Assembly (NCBI GenBank): GCA_041664165.1 | Contig: JBAYLH010000001.1 | Coordinates: 73,469 to 137,468 of the forward strand | DNA from: Candidatus Buchananbacteria bacterium | GTDB lineage: Bacteria > Patescibacteriota > Patescibacteriia > Buchananbacterales > UBA6539 | Direction: 5' to 3' | DNA: 64,000 bases | Shown: positions 1 through 9,830 of the stretch, piece by piece | How the letters are laid out: each line of letters starts with the position of its first letter | Numbering within the stretch: the stretch's first letter is position 1 | Translations under genes and position numbers: made by a program | Notes under the pieces: generated by a model | The model's database searches: none | Seen by the model: only the letters and a program-made list of their open reading frames with translations | What the model was told of the DNA's origin: nothing

Positions 1-399
1 AGACGACCATTGCCGGCACGCCGACCTGGCGGGCTAACAAAATGTGTTCCCGAGTCTGAGGCATCGGACCGTCAGTGGCGGCAACGACTAAAATCGCACC
101 ATCCATCTGAGCGGCGCCGGTAACCATATTTTTGACGTAGTCAGCATGACCTGGGCAGTCAATATGGGCATAGTGCCGTTTGTCGGTTTCATACTCAACG
201 TGAGCCGTGGCAATCGTAATACCGCGCTCTCTTTCTTCGGGAGCGTTATCAATTTGATCAACACTTTTGCTCTGCGCTTTGTTGCCTTTTTTATTTAAGT
301 AGGCTAAAATTGCCGCCGTTAAGGTGGTTTTACCATGATCGACGTGACCGATGGTGCCAATGTTTAAGTGCGGCTTTGTTCGTTCAAATTTATCAGCCA
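1..399 (-). CDS. tuf: Elongation factor Tu, N-terminal part (partial; the gene continues past the window start)
   Basis: Reverse complement of 380-399 reads ATGGCTGATAAATTTGAACG (MADKFER...), followed by HVDHGKTT, the GTP-binding P-loop context. It sits at the end of the rpsL-rpsG-fusA-tuf order. Confidence 0.9.
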
Positions 400-627
400 T
401 AATTTTAACTTCTTCCTTCTTTGCGATCTTTTGTGAGCCAGTCAGGCGAAGGATAGCCCGACGGATCGCATTAATTACTTATTAAAAAATTAAAAATAAA
501 AGCACTGTTGAGTATATAACAAATCGTCAGCAGTTGTCAACCCCACATCCTTTTTGCCTGATTTTTTCGCTATCTTTAGTAACATTTTGAAAAAATAAAT
601 TAAAGTTAAAAATTCTCAAAAGCAACG

Positions 628-1005
628 CTAGTCAATTGGTTCAAAGTAGTATTTCTCGTCAGCCGCTTCGGAAACTGCAAAATTATTGGCTTGTTTAAGC
701 GATTTTTCTTCAATAACCGGACTAACCTTAACTCGCTTAACATCTTCAATCGCACTTTCAATCACATCCCAATTATCCAAATTATCCTGCTGCTGAGTCG
801 CTTTCCAGTTGGCAATATCCCGATTAATCTTTTCCAGCAGCTCATTTTCGGTCAACCCAGCCACTTCTGACTTGCCTAAAATCATACTTTCATAGCTGGC
901 AAAACTGACAACAACATAAGTCGGCTCGCCTTTGTGATCCAAAACTATGCAGTTATCCCCAGTCTTTTTCGCCAGCTCAATGATCTTTTCTAAGGCATTA
1001 GACAT
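628..1005 (-). CDS. Phd/YefM-type antitoxin-like domain protein with an acidic C-terminal tail
   Basis: The N-terminal segment IVLDHKGEPTYVVVSFASYESM resembles the Phd/YefM fold signature (..G.P.aVl.s.eeYesl). It lies between fusA and tuf, and no cognate toxin is visible. Confidence 0.45.
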   Translation of the reverse strand: MSNALEKIIELAKKTGDNCIVLDHKGEPTYVVVSFASYESMILGKSEVAGLTENELLEKINRDIANWKATQQQDNLDNWDVIESAIEDVKRVKVSPVIEEKSLKQANNFAVSEAADEKYYFEPID

Positions 1006-1039
1006 AGTAGTTATCTAAACTTTTATTACTTCAGCGTGG

Positions 1040-3148
1040 TTATTTTCTAACTTTTGTATCTTTGGTTTTTATCTGTTCGGCAACGTTATTAGGCACCTCG
1101 GCATAATGGTCAAATTCCATATTGTAGGAAGCGCGGCCTTGAGTCATTGACCGGATTTCCGTGGCATAACCGAACATTTCGGCTAACGGCACTTGGGCGT
1201 CAATTACTTTCGTTTGTCCCCGATCCCGCATTTCGTCAATTTGACCGCGTTTGGAATTAATATTACCAATAATATCGCCCATATATTGTTCCGGAGTAAT
1301 CACTTCAACTCTCATAATCGGCTCAAGTAAAATCGGACTGGCGCGCCTGGCCGCTTCCTGAAAAGCCATCGAACCGGCAATTTTGAAAGCCGCTTCCGAA
1401 GAGTCAACTTCATGAAAAGACCCGTCGTAAACCGTGGCTTCAATGTCAATAATCGTATAACCGGCAACCACTCCCCTGTCCAACGCTTCTTTGATGCCTT
1501 TTTGAATCGCCGGGATATATTCTCTCGGGATCAGTCCGCCTTTAATTTCATCGTTAAAGACAAAGCCTTCGCCGCGAGCCCGAGGCGCCACTCTAATCCA
1601 GCAATGGCCGTATTGGCCGCGGCCGCCGGACTGCCGGATGTATTTGCCTTCGGCTTCAGCCGTGCCTTTGATCGTTTCTTTGTAAGCCACTTGCGGCCGG
1701 CCGACATTGGCTTCCACTTTGAATTCCCGCTTCATTCTTTCGACTAAAACTTCCAAATGAAGTTCGCCCATACCGGCAATAATCGTCTGCATGGTTTCTT
1801 CGTCGCCGTGAACTTTAAAGGTCGGGTCTTCTTCGGCCAATTTAGCCAAAGCCATACCCATTTTTTCCTGGTCGGCTTTGGTTTTCGGCTCAATCGCCAC
1901 AGAAATAACCGTTTCCGGAAAGACAATTGATTCCAAAACAATCGGATGATTTTCGTCGCATAAAGTATGGCCGGTAAAGGTACTTTTTAAACCGACGGCG
2001 GCGGCGATTTCGCCGGCAAAGACTTCTTTGACTTCTTCCCGGTGATTGGCGTGCATCCTAACGATTCGGCCGATTCTTTCTTTGTTGCCGTTTGAAGAGT
2101 TTATAATATACGAACCGGCGCTTAAAGTACCGGCATAAACGCGAAAAAAACAAAGTTTGCCGACAAACGGATCGGCGGCGATTTTAAAAGCTAAAGCGGT
2201 AAAAGGCTGGTCATCGGCCGCTGAACGAACTTCTTCGGTTTCTTTATTTTTGGGATGAAAACCTTTAACCGGCGGGATGTCTAACGGGCTGGGCAAAAAA
2301 TCGCAGACCGCGTCCAAAAGATATTGAACGCCTTTATTTTTCAAAGCGGAACCGCACAAAACCGGCATAATTTCGTTATTGATCGTCGCTTTTCTCAAAA
2401 CTTTTTTCAAATCGGCTAAAGCAATCGCCTCGCCGTTTAAATATTTGTTTAATAAATTTTCATCATGCTGGACAATGGCTTCGATTAATTCATGGCGGTA
2501 TTTTTCCGCCAACTCTTTCAAATCTGCCGGAATTTCCGATTCTTCCATGTCTTTGCCCAAATCGTCTTTGTAAATAAAGGCTTTTTCGACCAACAAATCA
2601 ACAATGCCACTGAAGCCGCCTTCAGTGCCGATCGGCAGCTGAATCGGATAAGCGTTTTTGGTTAGCCTTTCTCTAATACTATCTAGATCACTGTAGAAAT
2701 CGGCACCGGTGCGGTCGAGTTTATTAATAAAACCAAGCAATGGCACCCGAAATTTTTCCGCCTGGTGATAAACGGTTTCGGACTGCGGCTCAACGCCGGC
2801 CACGCCATCAAAAACCACTACCCCGCCGTCCAAAACCCGCAACGAACGCTGAACTTCGGCGGTAAAATCAATATGACCGGGAGTATCGATTAAATTGAGC
2901 CGGCAGGCATTTTCTTCTTCGCCTCGTGGCGCCCAAAAACAGGTCGTCGCGGCGGAAGTAATCGTAATGCCTCTTTCCCGTTCCTGCTCCATCCAGTCCA
3001 TTTCGGCTTCGCCTTCGTGAACTTCGCCGATTTTATGTTTTTTGCCGGTATAAAACAAAATTCGCTCAGATACAGTGGTTTTTCCCGCGTCAATGTGAGC
3101 GATAATTCCGATATTTCTAGTTTTTTCTAAAGAAGATTCTCTTGGCAT
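1040..3148 (-). CDS. fusA: Elongation factor G
   Basis: 702 aa. [10 protein letters not shown]-loop, DTPGHIDF, and the full EF-G domain order are present. Confidence 0.95.
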   Translation of the reverse strand: MPRESSLEKTRNIGIIAHIDAGKTTVSERILFYTGKKHKIGEVHEGEAEMDWMEQERERGITITSAATTCFWAPRGEEENACRLNLIDTPGHIDFTAEVQRSLRVLDGGVVVFDGVAGVEPQSETVYHQAEKFRVPLLGFINKLDRTGADFYSDLDSIRERLTKNAYPIQLPIGTEGGFSGIVDLLVEKAFIYKDDLGKDMEESEIPADLKELAEKYRHELIEAIVQHDENLLNKYLNGEAIALADLKKVLRKATINNEIMPVLCGSALKNKGVQYLLDAVCDFLPSPLDIPPVKGFHPKNKETEEVRSAADDQPFTALAFKIAADPFVGKLCFFRVYAGTLSAGSYIINSSNGNKERIGRIVRMHANHREEVKEVFAGEIAAAVGLKSTFTGHTLCDENHPIVLESIVFPETVISVAIEPKTKADQEKMGMALAKLAEEDPTFKVHGDEETMQTIIAGMGELHLEVLVERMKREFKVEANVGRPQVAYKETIKGTAEAEGKYIRQSGGRGQYGHCWIRVAPRARGEGFVFNDEIKGGLIPREYIPAIQKGIKEALDRGVVAGYTIIDIEATVYDGSFHEVDSSEAAFKIAGSMAFQEAARRASPILLEPIMRVEVITPEQYMGDIIGNINSKRGQIDEMRDRGQTKVIDAQVPLAEMFGYATEIRSMTQGRASYNMEFDHYAEVPNNVAEQIKTKDTKVRK

Positions 3149-3287
3149 AAAAAATTTAAATTCTAATTTCTAATTTCAAAATTCGAAATAAATTACAAAC
3201 TATAAATTCTAATTTTCCAGATATTTTAAAATTTATAATTTAATAAATTGGAATTTGTTTAGAATTTCGAGTTTCGGGCTTCGAATT

Positions 3288-3752
3288 TTATCTAATGAAA
3301 TGCGCAAAAGCCCGGTTGGCTTCGGCCATTTTGTAAGTATCTTGGCGTTTTTTAATCGCTGCCCCTTCCCGGTTATAAGCGGCCATGAATTCTTCCGCTA
3401 ATTTTTGGCTCATCGGCATGCCTTTTTTCGCCTTGGCCGCGGTGATAATCCAGCGATAAGCTAAGGCTTTCCGGCGAGAGGGAGGCACCGGCACGGGAAT
3501 TTGATAATTACCGCCGCCGATTCTTTTTGATCTGACTTCGACTTCCGGACCAACGTTTTTAATCGCTCCGTCAAAAATTTCTAACGGGTCTTTATTGGTT
3601 TTTTCTTTAATAAAATCAAAGCAATCATAAACTATGCGCTGGGCAGTGGCTTTTTTGCCCCGTTCCATGATTTGGGTGATAAATTTAGCAATATTAACGC
3701 TTTGATATCTAGGATCAGGGATAATTTCTCGTTTTGGAGTCTTGCCTCGCAT
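3288..3752 (-). CDS. rpsG: 30S ribosomal protein S7
   Basis: 154 aa with typical S7 sequence and the expected str-operon position. Confidence 0.95.
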   Translation of the reverse strand: MRGKTPKREIIPDPRYQSVNIAKFITQIMERGKKATAQRIVYDCFDFIKEKTNKDPLEIFDGAIKNVGPEVEVRSKRIGGGNYQIPVPVPPSRRKALAYRWIITAAKAKKGMPMSQKLAEEFMAAYNREGAAIKKRQDTYKMAEANRAFAHFIR

Positions 3753-3769
3753 AATAAGTAGTATTAAAA

Positions 3770-4201
3770 TTATTTCGATTTAGCTTCAGTACCCGTTTTT
3801 GAGCCGTATAAGCTCCGGCCCTGCCGGCGGCCATCAACGCCGACGGTATCATAAACCCCGCGGACAATGTGATACCGGACGCCAGGCAAATCTTTAACCC
3901 GGCCGCCGCGGATCAAAACCACGGAGTGTTCCTGCAGATTATGGCCTTCGCCCGGAATATAGGCGGTTACTTCCATGCCGTTTGATAGCCGAACCCTGGC
4001 AATTTTTCTTAAAGCCGAGTTAGGCTTTTTTGGCGTCATGGTCGTAACTTTAACGCAAACGCCCCGCTTAAAACCGGCACCTTTGGCTAATTCCCGTTTT
4101 TTCCGGCGCAAAGTATTAGAAACCAGCATCAGAGCCGGTGTCTTTGATTTTTTCTTCTGCGATTTGCGCTTTCGCTTGATTAATTGATTGATTGTTGGCA
4201 T
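3770..4201 (-). CDS. rpsL: 30S ribosomal protein S12
   Basis: 143 aa, with the characteristic [10 protein letters not shown] and VRLSNG motifs. Confidence 0.95.
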   Translation of the reverse strand: MPTINQLIKRKRKSQKKKSKTPALMLVSNTLRRKKRELAKGAGFKRGVCVKVTTMTPKKPNSALRKIARVRLSNGMEVTAYIPGEGHNLQEHSVVLIRGGRVKDLPGVRYHIVRGVYDTVGVDGRRQGRSLYGSKTGTEAKSK

Positions 4202-4292
4202 TTTCCTGTTTTCAAGTCTTAAAAACCTGCCTTTAAGGCAGTTAACATAGAGATATCCTAACGAATAATCAAAAAGAAGTCAAGAGATTGGT

Positions 4293-4952
4293 TTAAAGCC
4301 CAAAAAAATTGATGAATAAATTAAAAATAAAATTAAAAATCAGATTAATAAATGGCATAAAAACAAACAGAATTGCAATTGATAAAACCAGGCCGTAGCG
4401 CGCCATAAAAAAGGGATTAGCCAGCGGACTTTTGCTGAATACTTGGGCAATTGGCTTAAAAGTCGTCAAAAAATTAAAGCCGTCAAAACCCGGCAAGGGC
4501 AAGAAATTAAAAACCGCCAAAACAATATTAATCTGCAAAAAGGCCACGAATAAAATCACGCCTAAATTATTAAAATCAAACCCGAGAAATTGAACCGTAA
4601 TTTTTATGACTAAGGCGGCGATTACAGCTAAAACAAAATTAGTCAAAACCCCGGCCAAAGACACCCAGCGGTAAGCGCTGACTCCCCCCTTCAAACGGTA
4701 AGGATTAACCGGCACCGGCTTGGCCCAGCCGAACAAAAAATTGGTTCCGGATAAAAAAAGCAGCCCTGGCACGAGAATTGAACCGATCGGATCAATATGA
4801 ACCAAGGGATTTAAAGACAGCCGGCCGGAAATTTTGGCCGTGTCATCGCCAAAACGATAAGCCACCAAGCCATGGGCAATCTCGTGGAAGATGACCGAAA
4901 AAATAAAGGCCACGATTTGAACTATTGTTTTAACCGCGTCTAAATTATCCAT
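4293..4952 (-). CDS. Membrane zinc metalloprotease, M50 (site-2 protease) family-like
   Basis: Multi-TM protein with HEIAHG (HExxH in a helix) and a later FDGFNFL/LPGFDG motif reminiscent of the M50 LDG motif. Confidence 0.6.
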   Translation of the reverse strand: MDNLDAVKTIVQIVAFIFSVIFHEIAHGLVAYRFGDDTAKISGRLSLNPLVHIDPIGSILVPGLLFLSGTNFLFGWAKPVPVNPYRLKGGVSAYRWVSLAGVLTNFVLAVIAALVIKITVQFLGFDFNNLGVILFVAFLQINIVLAVFNFLPLPGFDGFNFLTTFKPIAQVFSKSPLANPFFMARYGLVLSIAILFVFMPFINLIFNFIFNLFINFFGL

Positions 4953-5035
4953 AATGTCTTAATCATAACACAAAGCCTTGATTTTTTAAAACCAATCTGA
5001 TATGCTACCAACATTACTAAATTAAGTCAGATTCT

Positions 5036-5212
5036 ATGAAAACTTGCGACATTTGCGGCCGACAACCGCTGAAGGCCAACTGGATAAGCCATTCCAACAT
5101 CAAAACGATTCGCCGGCAGAAACTAAATTTGCAGGCCAAAAAAATTGATGGCAAAAAAATGACGATTTGTACCAGTTGCCTAAAAACTCTATCAAAGAAA
5201 AAAACTAAGTAA
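5036..5212 (+). CDS. rpmB: 50S ribosomal protein L28
   Basis: The 58-aa ORF MKTCDICGRQPLKANWISHSNIKTIRRQKLNLQ...CTSCLK matches the L28 pattern (C.ICGK.P..GN.VSHSN.KT.RR..PNLQ). It is not in the ORF track because it is under 60 aa, and a hairpin plus T-run follows it. Confidence 0.7.
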   Translation: MKTCDICGRQPLKANWISHSNIKTIRRQKLNLQAKKIDGKKMTICTSCLKTLSKKKTK

Positions 5213-5254
5213 CAAGTTAGCTTTTAGCTGATAGGAAAGTTACTTAGTTTTTTT
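5205..5254 (+). terminator. Rho-independent terminator after rpmB
   Basis: Stem CTAAGTAAC...GTTACTTAG followed by TTTTTTT. Confidence 0.6.
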
Positions 5255-5280
5255 ATTGAAAAAATTATTGTCACTTGCCT

Positions 5281-5874
5281 CTAAAAATTATTTTTACCAT
5301 TTAAAAAGGGATTTGGCTGGTCAAAAACGATCCGCGGCGTCTGATTATTAATAACATCCAAAGCCACACCATAACGCTTTTGATAAAGCAAATCGGTTGA
5401 ACCAAAAATCGCTTGGGTATAATCAAAACCCAAACTAACGGCCGCGGCTTTGACCAAATTTTCCGCGGCGGCTTCGATTTCGACGAACGGTTCCAAAAAC
5501 GGCCACTCGTCAATCGTAACTTCGGCTTGACCCAAGCGCCAAATTTCCCGCCGATTTTCCTGGTAAGATTTTTGCACGCAGCCGATACTGGCTAAAAATT
5601 TTACCGCTTGGTTATAATCATTAACCGTCAGACAAATTTCTTTTTGATCGGTAATTTTATCGCCCAAAACGGCTTTTAAACTCATGGTAATTTTATCGCC
5701 TTCGTCTCTCACCCGCAGCCAAGCACCGGGAATATCATTTCCCACCGGCAGTAAAAAAACCGTCCGGCGCTGTAAAAATTCTTTTTTCACTAAAACCGCG
5801 CCGGCGTCAAGCAAGCGCTGGGCCATTTCCGCTTTATTAATATTACAAAAAGTGGCTTCGTATTCAATATCCAT
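5281..5874 (-). CDS. CYTH-domain protein (class IV adenylyl cyclase / triphosphatase-like)
   Basis: N-terminal MDIEYEATF resembles the CYTH E.E.K motif, and the ~190-aa size fits. The call is weak. Confidence 0.45.
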   Translation of the reverse strand: MDIEYEATFCNINKAEMAQRLLDAGAVLVKKEFLQRRTVFLLPVGNDIPGAWLRVRDEGDKITMSLKAVLGDKITDQKEICLTVNDYNQAVKFLASIGCVQKSYQENRREIWRLGQAEVTIDEWPFLEPFVEIEAAAENLVKAAAVSLGFDYTQAIFGSTDLLYQKRYGVALDVINNQTPRIVFDQPNPFLNGKNNF

Positions 5875-6100
5875 ATCTGGCTTTATTAATTCCCAATCCC
5901 GATTTTGGATTTTTAGTGTTAATTTCAGCCATAAAACCGAAAAAATCCTTGTGTTTATATTATAACATTATTGAAAGACCGGGCAAAAGCCATCCTGATT
6001 TTTTTGGGCGCGAAATTGACCAGTGGACGAAAATCAAAAAATGAGTATAATTATACCATCAGGGTAAAGGTGCAATTAAAATTAAACTTAGAAATTTTGG

Positions 6101-6177
6101 TCGGGGTATAGCGAAGTTGGCTATCGCGCATGCATGGGGTGCATGAGACCGCGGGTTCGAGTCCCGCTACCCCGACC
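6101..6177 (+). tRNA. tRNA-Pro (anticodon GGG), CCA encoded
   Basis: Hand-folded cloverleaf. The acceptor stem CGGGGTA/TACCCCG and the D arm GCGA-AGTTGGCTA-TCGC are present. The anticodon arm is CATGC-AT GGG GT-GCATG and the T arm is GCGGG-TTCGAGT-CCCGC. The discriminator is A, followed by CCA. Confidence 0.85.
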
Positions 6178-6199
6178 AAAATTTCTAGTCCAAAAAAAT

Positions 6200-6227
6200 G
6201 CTTCAGCTTGACCGAAGCGTTTTTTTT
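6200..6227 (+). terminator. Rho-independent terminator after tRNA-Pro
   Basis: GCTTC-agcttgacc-GAAGC followed by T8. Confidence 0.7.
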
Positions 6228-6290
6228 AAAATTAACAAATTATCTTCATTAACTATAAAAACTCGCTTCCGGACGGATGAAATTTAGCGG

Positions 6291-6332
6291 TAAAAAAAGA
6301 AGCCCGAGAAAATAATCTCTCAGGCTTGATAA
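6291..6332 (-). terminator. Terminator of the aro operon (minus strand)
   Basis: Minus-sense hairpin AGCCTGAGAG...CTCGGGCT followed by a U7 run. Confidence 0.55.
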
Positions 6333-6353
6333 TCGAAACAAAGAACTGGTCAC

Positions 6354-7388
6354 TTAGGCTGCCCGGCCGATAGCATTGGCTACCGCTTTGACCTTGATCA
6401 TCAGCCCGGCAAACTGCTGAGGATTCAACGACTGGGCGCCGTCACAGAGAGCCGAGTCTGGATCGGGATGGACTTCGATTAACAAACCATCCGCACCAGC
6501 AGCCACTGCGGCTAAAGCAATATCTGGCACCAAATCGCGATTGCCGGCGGTGTGCGACGGATCAAATATCACCGGATGATGGGTCAATCCTTTAACAACC
6601 GGAATCGCATCGATGTCCGCGGAATTGCGAGTATGGCCATTATCGAAAGTACGGATGCCGCGAGCGCAAAGAATCACCCGCTGATTACCTTCAGAAACGA
6701 TGTACTCAGCGGCTTGGAGCCACTCATCAATTGTAGCAGCCATCCCCCGCTTAAGAATCACCGGCTTATCAATTCTACCCACCGCCCTCAGCAGCCCGAA
6801 ATTTTGCATATTGCGAGTACCAATCTGCAAAATATCAGCATGCTCGGCAACTAAAGCCACATTTTCCAACGACGTCACCTCCGTCACAATCGGCAAACCG
6901 GTTTCCTGGCGCGCTTGGGCTAAAAACCGTAAGCCCCTTTCTTCTAACCCCTGAAAGAGATGGGGCGAGGTCCGCGGCTTATAGGCGCCACCACGCAAAA
7001 CCACGGCGCCGGCTTGTTTAACGGCGTTCGCTGAAGCCGTAATTTGTTCCAATGACTCAACCGCACAAGGACCGGCCATCACTACCAGCGGCTGATTGCC
7101 ACCAATAGAAATACCATTAATCTGTACAGTGAATTCATCCGGATGAGCTTGGCGAGCAGTTAGCCGAAACGGCGTTTTGGCAAGTTCAACATCAGTCACA
7201 CCAGGCAAGCTCAGAAAAAAATCTTTGAGCCGAAGCTTTTGTTCATGAGAAACTGTACCCAGGCAATTGACAACGCTGACTTCGGTGCCAGCGGTTACGA
7301 TTGCCTTGTTGAACCCGGCGGCCAAAACTTCAGCTTGGACCCGCTTGACATGATCTGACGTCGCGTTTGGACGCATGCAAACAAACAT
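6354..7388 (-). CDS. 3-deoxy-7-phosphoheptulonate (DAHP) synthase, class I-beta type, with N-terminal regulatory domain
   Basis: 344 aa. The GPCAVES motif and the KDO8P/DAHP synthase TIM-barrel core ([22 protein letters not shown]) are present, with an N-terminal extension of about 80 aa. Confidence 0.85.
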   Translation of the reverse strand: MFVCMRPNATSDHVKRVQAEVLAAGFNKAIVTAGTEVSVVNCLGTVSHEQKLRLKDFFLSLPGVTDVELAKTPFRLTARQAHPDEFTVQINGISIGGNQPLVVMAGPCAVESLEQITASANAVKQAGAVVLRGGAYKPRTSPHLFQGLEERGLRFLAQARQETGLPIVTEVTSLENVALVAEHADILQIGTRNMQNFGLLRAVGRIDKPVILKRGMAATIDEWLQAAEYIVSEGNQRVILCARGIRTFDNGHTRNSADIDAIPVVKGLTHHPVIFDPSHTAGNRDLVPDIALAAVAAGADGLLIEVHPDPDSALCDGAQSLNPQQFAGLMIKVKAVANAIGRAA

Positions 7389-7391
7389 AAC

Positions 7392-8249
7392 TTACTCCTC
7401 ATCTGTTATGGCGATTGGTTTTGCTTTCGGATAAGAGCCAACCACCATCACCTTATCCGTGAATCGTTCTCTTAGCTGCCCTATTGCCGCCGCGAAAACC
7501 GGATCACTTTCATGACCGTCAACATCAATCCAGAAATTACACTCTCCCAATACCAGCTTAGTAGTGTAAGAGGTAATCCGACTCAGGTTAAGACCCTGAT
7601 AGTAGAATACACCCAATGCATTATACAGTGCCCCGGCTTCGTTTTTAGTGGAGAAAAACAGGGTTGTCTTACTTTGGCCATTGGCCGCTGTCTTGGGTCC
7701 GCCCAAGACAACGAAGCGGGTCACATTATGTTGTGAATCGCCGATGTCGGCAGCTAACACCTGTAAACCATGCTGCTCGGCGGCTTGCTTAGAACCAATC
7801 GCCACAACCGTAGCCACTTCAGACTGAGAAACTAACTCAGCCGCCAGTGCCGTGCTGCTAACCGGTGTCTGTTTCCAATTGCGATCTTGTAAAAATCTTG
7901 AACATTGAGCCAGACCTTGCGAATGCGACAAGACCTTAGTCACCAAAGACAAATCGGTTTGAGACTGGCCTAAAAGCATCTGTCGGATCGGTATCAACAC
8001 TTCTTGAGTAATCCGCAGATTCGGATTGGTCCAGACATGAGCCATCAAAAAATCGACAGTGTCATGGACAACATCGCCCAAGACGTTTTCTATCGGAACA
8101 ATCGCCCGATCAAGCTTGCCTTGAATAAAAGCCTCGAGTAACTGAGTAATTGAAGCAAACCCAATCAGCTCAAATTTGTTGCAGCTCCAAACGATTGCTG
8201 CTTGAGCGGAAAATGTTCCCTCGGGTCCGAGATAACCAAGCCTTAACAT
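7392..8249 (-). CDS. pheA: Prephenate dehydratase with C-terminal ACT domain
   Basis: LGYLGPEGTFS N-terminal PDT signature, and the ESRP motif in the C-terminal ACT region. Confidence 0.85.
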   Translation of the reverse strand: MLRLGYLGPEGTFSAQAAIVWSCNKFELIGFASITQLLEAFIQGKLDRAIVPIENVLGDVVHDTVDFLMAHVWTNPNLRITQEVLIPIRQMLLGQSQTDLSLVTKVLSHSQGLAQCSRFLQDRNWKQTPVSSTALAAELVSQSEVATVVAIGSKQAAEQHGLQVLAADIGDSQHNVTRFVVLGGPKTAANGQSKTTLFFSTKNEAGALYNALGVFYYQGLNLSRITSYTTKLVLGECNFWIDVDGHESDPVFAAAIGQLRERFTDKVMVVGSYPKAKPIAITDEE

Positions 8250-8268
8250 CTTATCTCCTCTTCTCAGC

Positions 8269-8664
8269 TTACGCTGATATTTCGGCCGGTTCTGCTTCCA
8301 ATTTCACTTCCTCAGCAACGAAGCAACCCTCAAGTTGCCCCCGAAGTTGCTCCTGGATCATTTTTCTGTTCTCACTCTCCACCTGCGGGGCAAAAAAGAT
8401 TTCGGCCAGATATTCCCTTCCTGAACCGTCTTTAGCCACTACCTTAAACTTCAAGTAGCCACACTGGACTACTAAAGTTTTTTCATCTGGAAGAATTGCC
8501 ATAAAGCTCCAGCCGACATTCTCATCAGATAAAATCTCAAGCAACTGCCACAAGCAACGAATGGCAGCTTTCCAGTCACAGGTTATCTTCGGCACCTCAT
8601 TCGTGCCGTCGGAATCACTAGCAATTTCTTTGCCATTTTGGCCAATCTGAATAGTAGACAACAT
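8269..8664 (-). CDS. Hypothetical protein, first gene of the GC-rich aro operon
   Basis: 131-aa ORF with a strong AAGGAGG SD 7 nt upstream. No family recognised. Confidence 0.5.
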   Translation of the reverse strand: MLSTIQIGQNGKEIASDSDGTNEVPKITCDWKAAIRCLWQLLEILSDENVGWSFMAILPDEKTLVVQCGYLKFKVVAKDGSGREYLAEIFFAPQVESENRKMIQEQLRGQLEGCFVAEEVKLEAEPAEISA

Positions 8665-9057
8665 CGCCTTTCCTCCTTATCTATTGTGTCAAGGAACCTG
8701 CCTTCTCCATTTGATTTCCATTACTACCCAATTTCTGGCCATAACCGCAAAAACCAAAAATTGAATAATAATCAAAAAACTGACCCCTTGTGGCAGATCA
8801 GTTGCTTGCTTTTTTTGCCTATGATTTGGTCAAACTAAGCCAACTAACCTACCCGGTCAGTAAAGAAATAATAACCAAAAAACCAATTGTTTCCCCCGAG
8901 CGAAGTCGAGGGGTTAGTGATATGTCTTGTCATAGGATAAATTTAGATTATACTATTGGTTTAAGAATGTCAAGAGAGGCGAATTGGATTGCTTCGTCGT
9001 CGGTCACCTCTAGTAACCTCCTCCTCGCAATGACAAAAAATTACGCACGGATAAACC

Positions 9058-9804
9058 CTAAACTTCAATCTTTGAAAATAAATAGCTGCCGATGGCTAAT
9101 AAGACTAAAGTTACTATTGCCAAAACCCCGAGATCAGTCAAAAGCCCGACATGAGCGCCATTAATCAAGGCTCCGCGCAAGCCGTCAACGCCATAAAGCA
9201 AAGGATTCAAGTGCATCGCCGCCACCACCGGTGCCGGAAAACCGTCAATAGGAAATAAGGCGCCAGACAGGAAAAATATCGGCATAATTAAAAAATTAAT
9301 AATGATCGGAAAGGCCTGCATATCTTGCATCCGGGAAGCAATGGCCGTACCAAAAGCGGTAAAAACCAAAGCAATTAAAACCATAAAAACCAAAGCCAAA
9401 GGCAAAAGCAAAATACTAGTTGGCCGAAAACCAACCACTAAAGTCATCAAAAAAACCACAATACCCTGAATGGTGGCTACGGTGGCGCCGCCCAAAGTCC
9501 GGCCGATCATAATGTTAAACCGGGAAGACGGCGCGACCAAAGTTTCTTTCAAAAAACCGAATTGCCGATCCCAGATAATTTCAATACCCGTAAAAATGGC
9601 GGTAAAAATAATCGCCATCGCAATCACGCCCGGCGCCAAAAATTGAATATAGCTGCCGCCACCGGCTTTTTGGTAAATCGGCCCGAAACCAAAACCCAGC
9701 GCGACTAAAAATAATAGCGGCTGGCCGAGCGAACCGATCATTCGAGCTTTAGACCTTGAGTACCTTTTAAGTTGTCTTAGCCACAAAATATAAATAACTT
9801 TCAT
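9058..9804 (-). CDS. ABC-2 family transporter permease
   Basis: 248 aa with 6 predicted TM helices and an ABC-2 type profile. It is immediately downstream of the ABC ATPase. Confidence 0.8.
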   Translation of the reverse strand: MKVIYILWLRQLKRYSRSKARMIGSLGQPLLFLVALGFGFGPIYQKAGGGSYIQFLAPGVIAMAIIFTAIFTGIEIIWDRQFGFLKETLVAPSSRFNIMIGRTLGGATVATIQGIVVFLMTLVVGFRPTSILLLPLALVFMVLIALVFTAFGTAIASRMQDMQAFPIIINFLIMPIFFLSGALFPIDGFPAPVVAAMHLNPLLYGVDGLRGALINGAHVGLLTDLGVLAIVTLVLLAIGSYLFSKIEV

Positions 9805-9830
9805 AGGGGTTAGGGACTAGGGATTAGGGG

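Noticed and set aside
400-627. A possible tRNA upstream of tuf (GCGATC...GATCGC hairpin region at ~421-480)
   Set aside because: No cloverleaf can be drawn and there is no T-loop GTTCRA motif. It is probably a simple leader hairpin.
1412-3093. Plus-strand ORFs 1412..1747 and 2379..2573, and minus-strand ORFs 1744..1941 and 2890..3093, inside fusA
   Set aside because: They are antisense or out of frame relative to a confidently identified EF-G gene and have low-complexity translations, so they are spurious.
8665-9057. A T-box or other amino-acid-responsive leader upstream of the aro operon
   Set aside because: I could not find the T-box consensus (AGGGUGGNACCGCG) or a specifier/antiterminator arrangement. 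The ORFs 8638..8838 and 8790..9164 here have no RBS and look spurious.
9805-9830. TTAGGG-like telomeric repeats (GGGTTAGGGACTAGGGATTAGGGG)
   Set aside because: This is a single short array in a bacterial intergenic spacer between the ABC ATPase and permease genes. It is treated as a variant of the AATYCTAA motif family, not a telomere.
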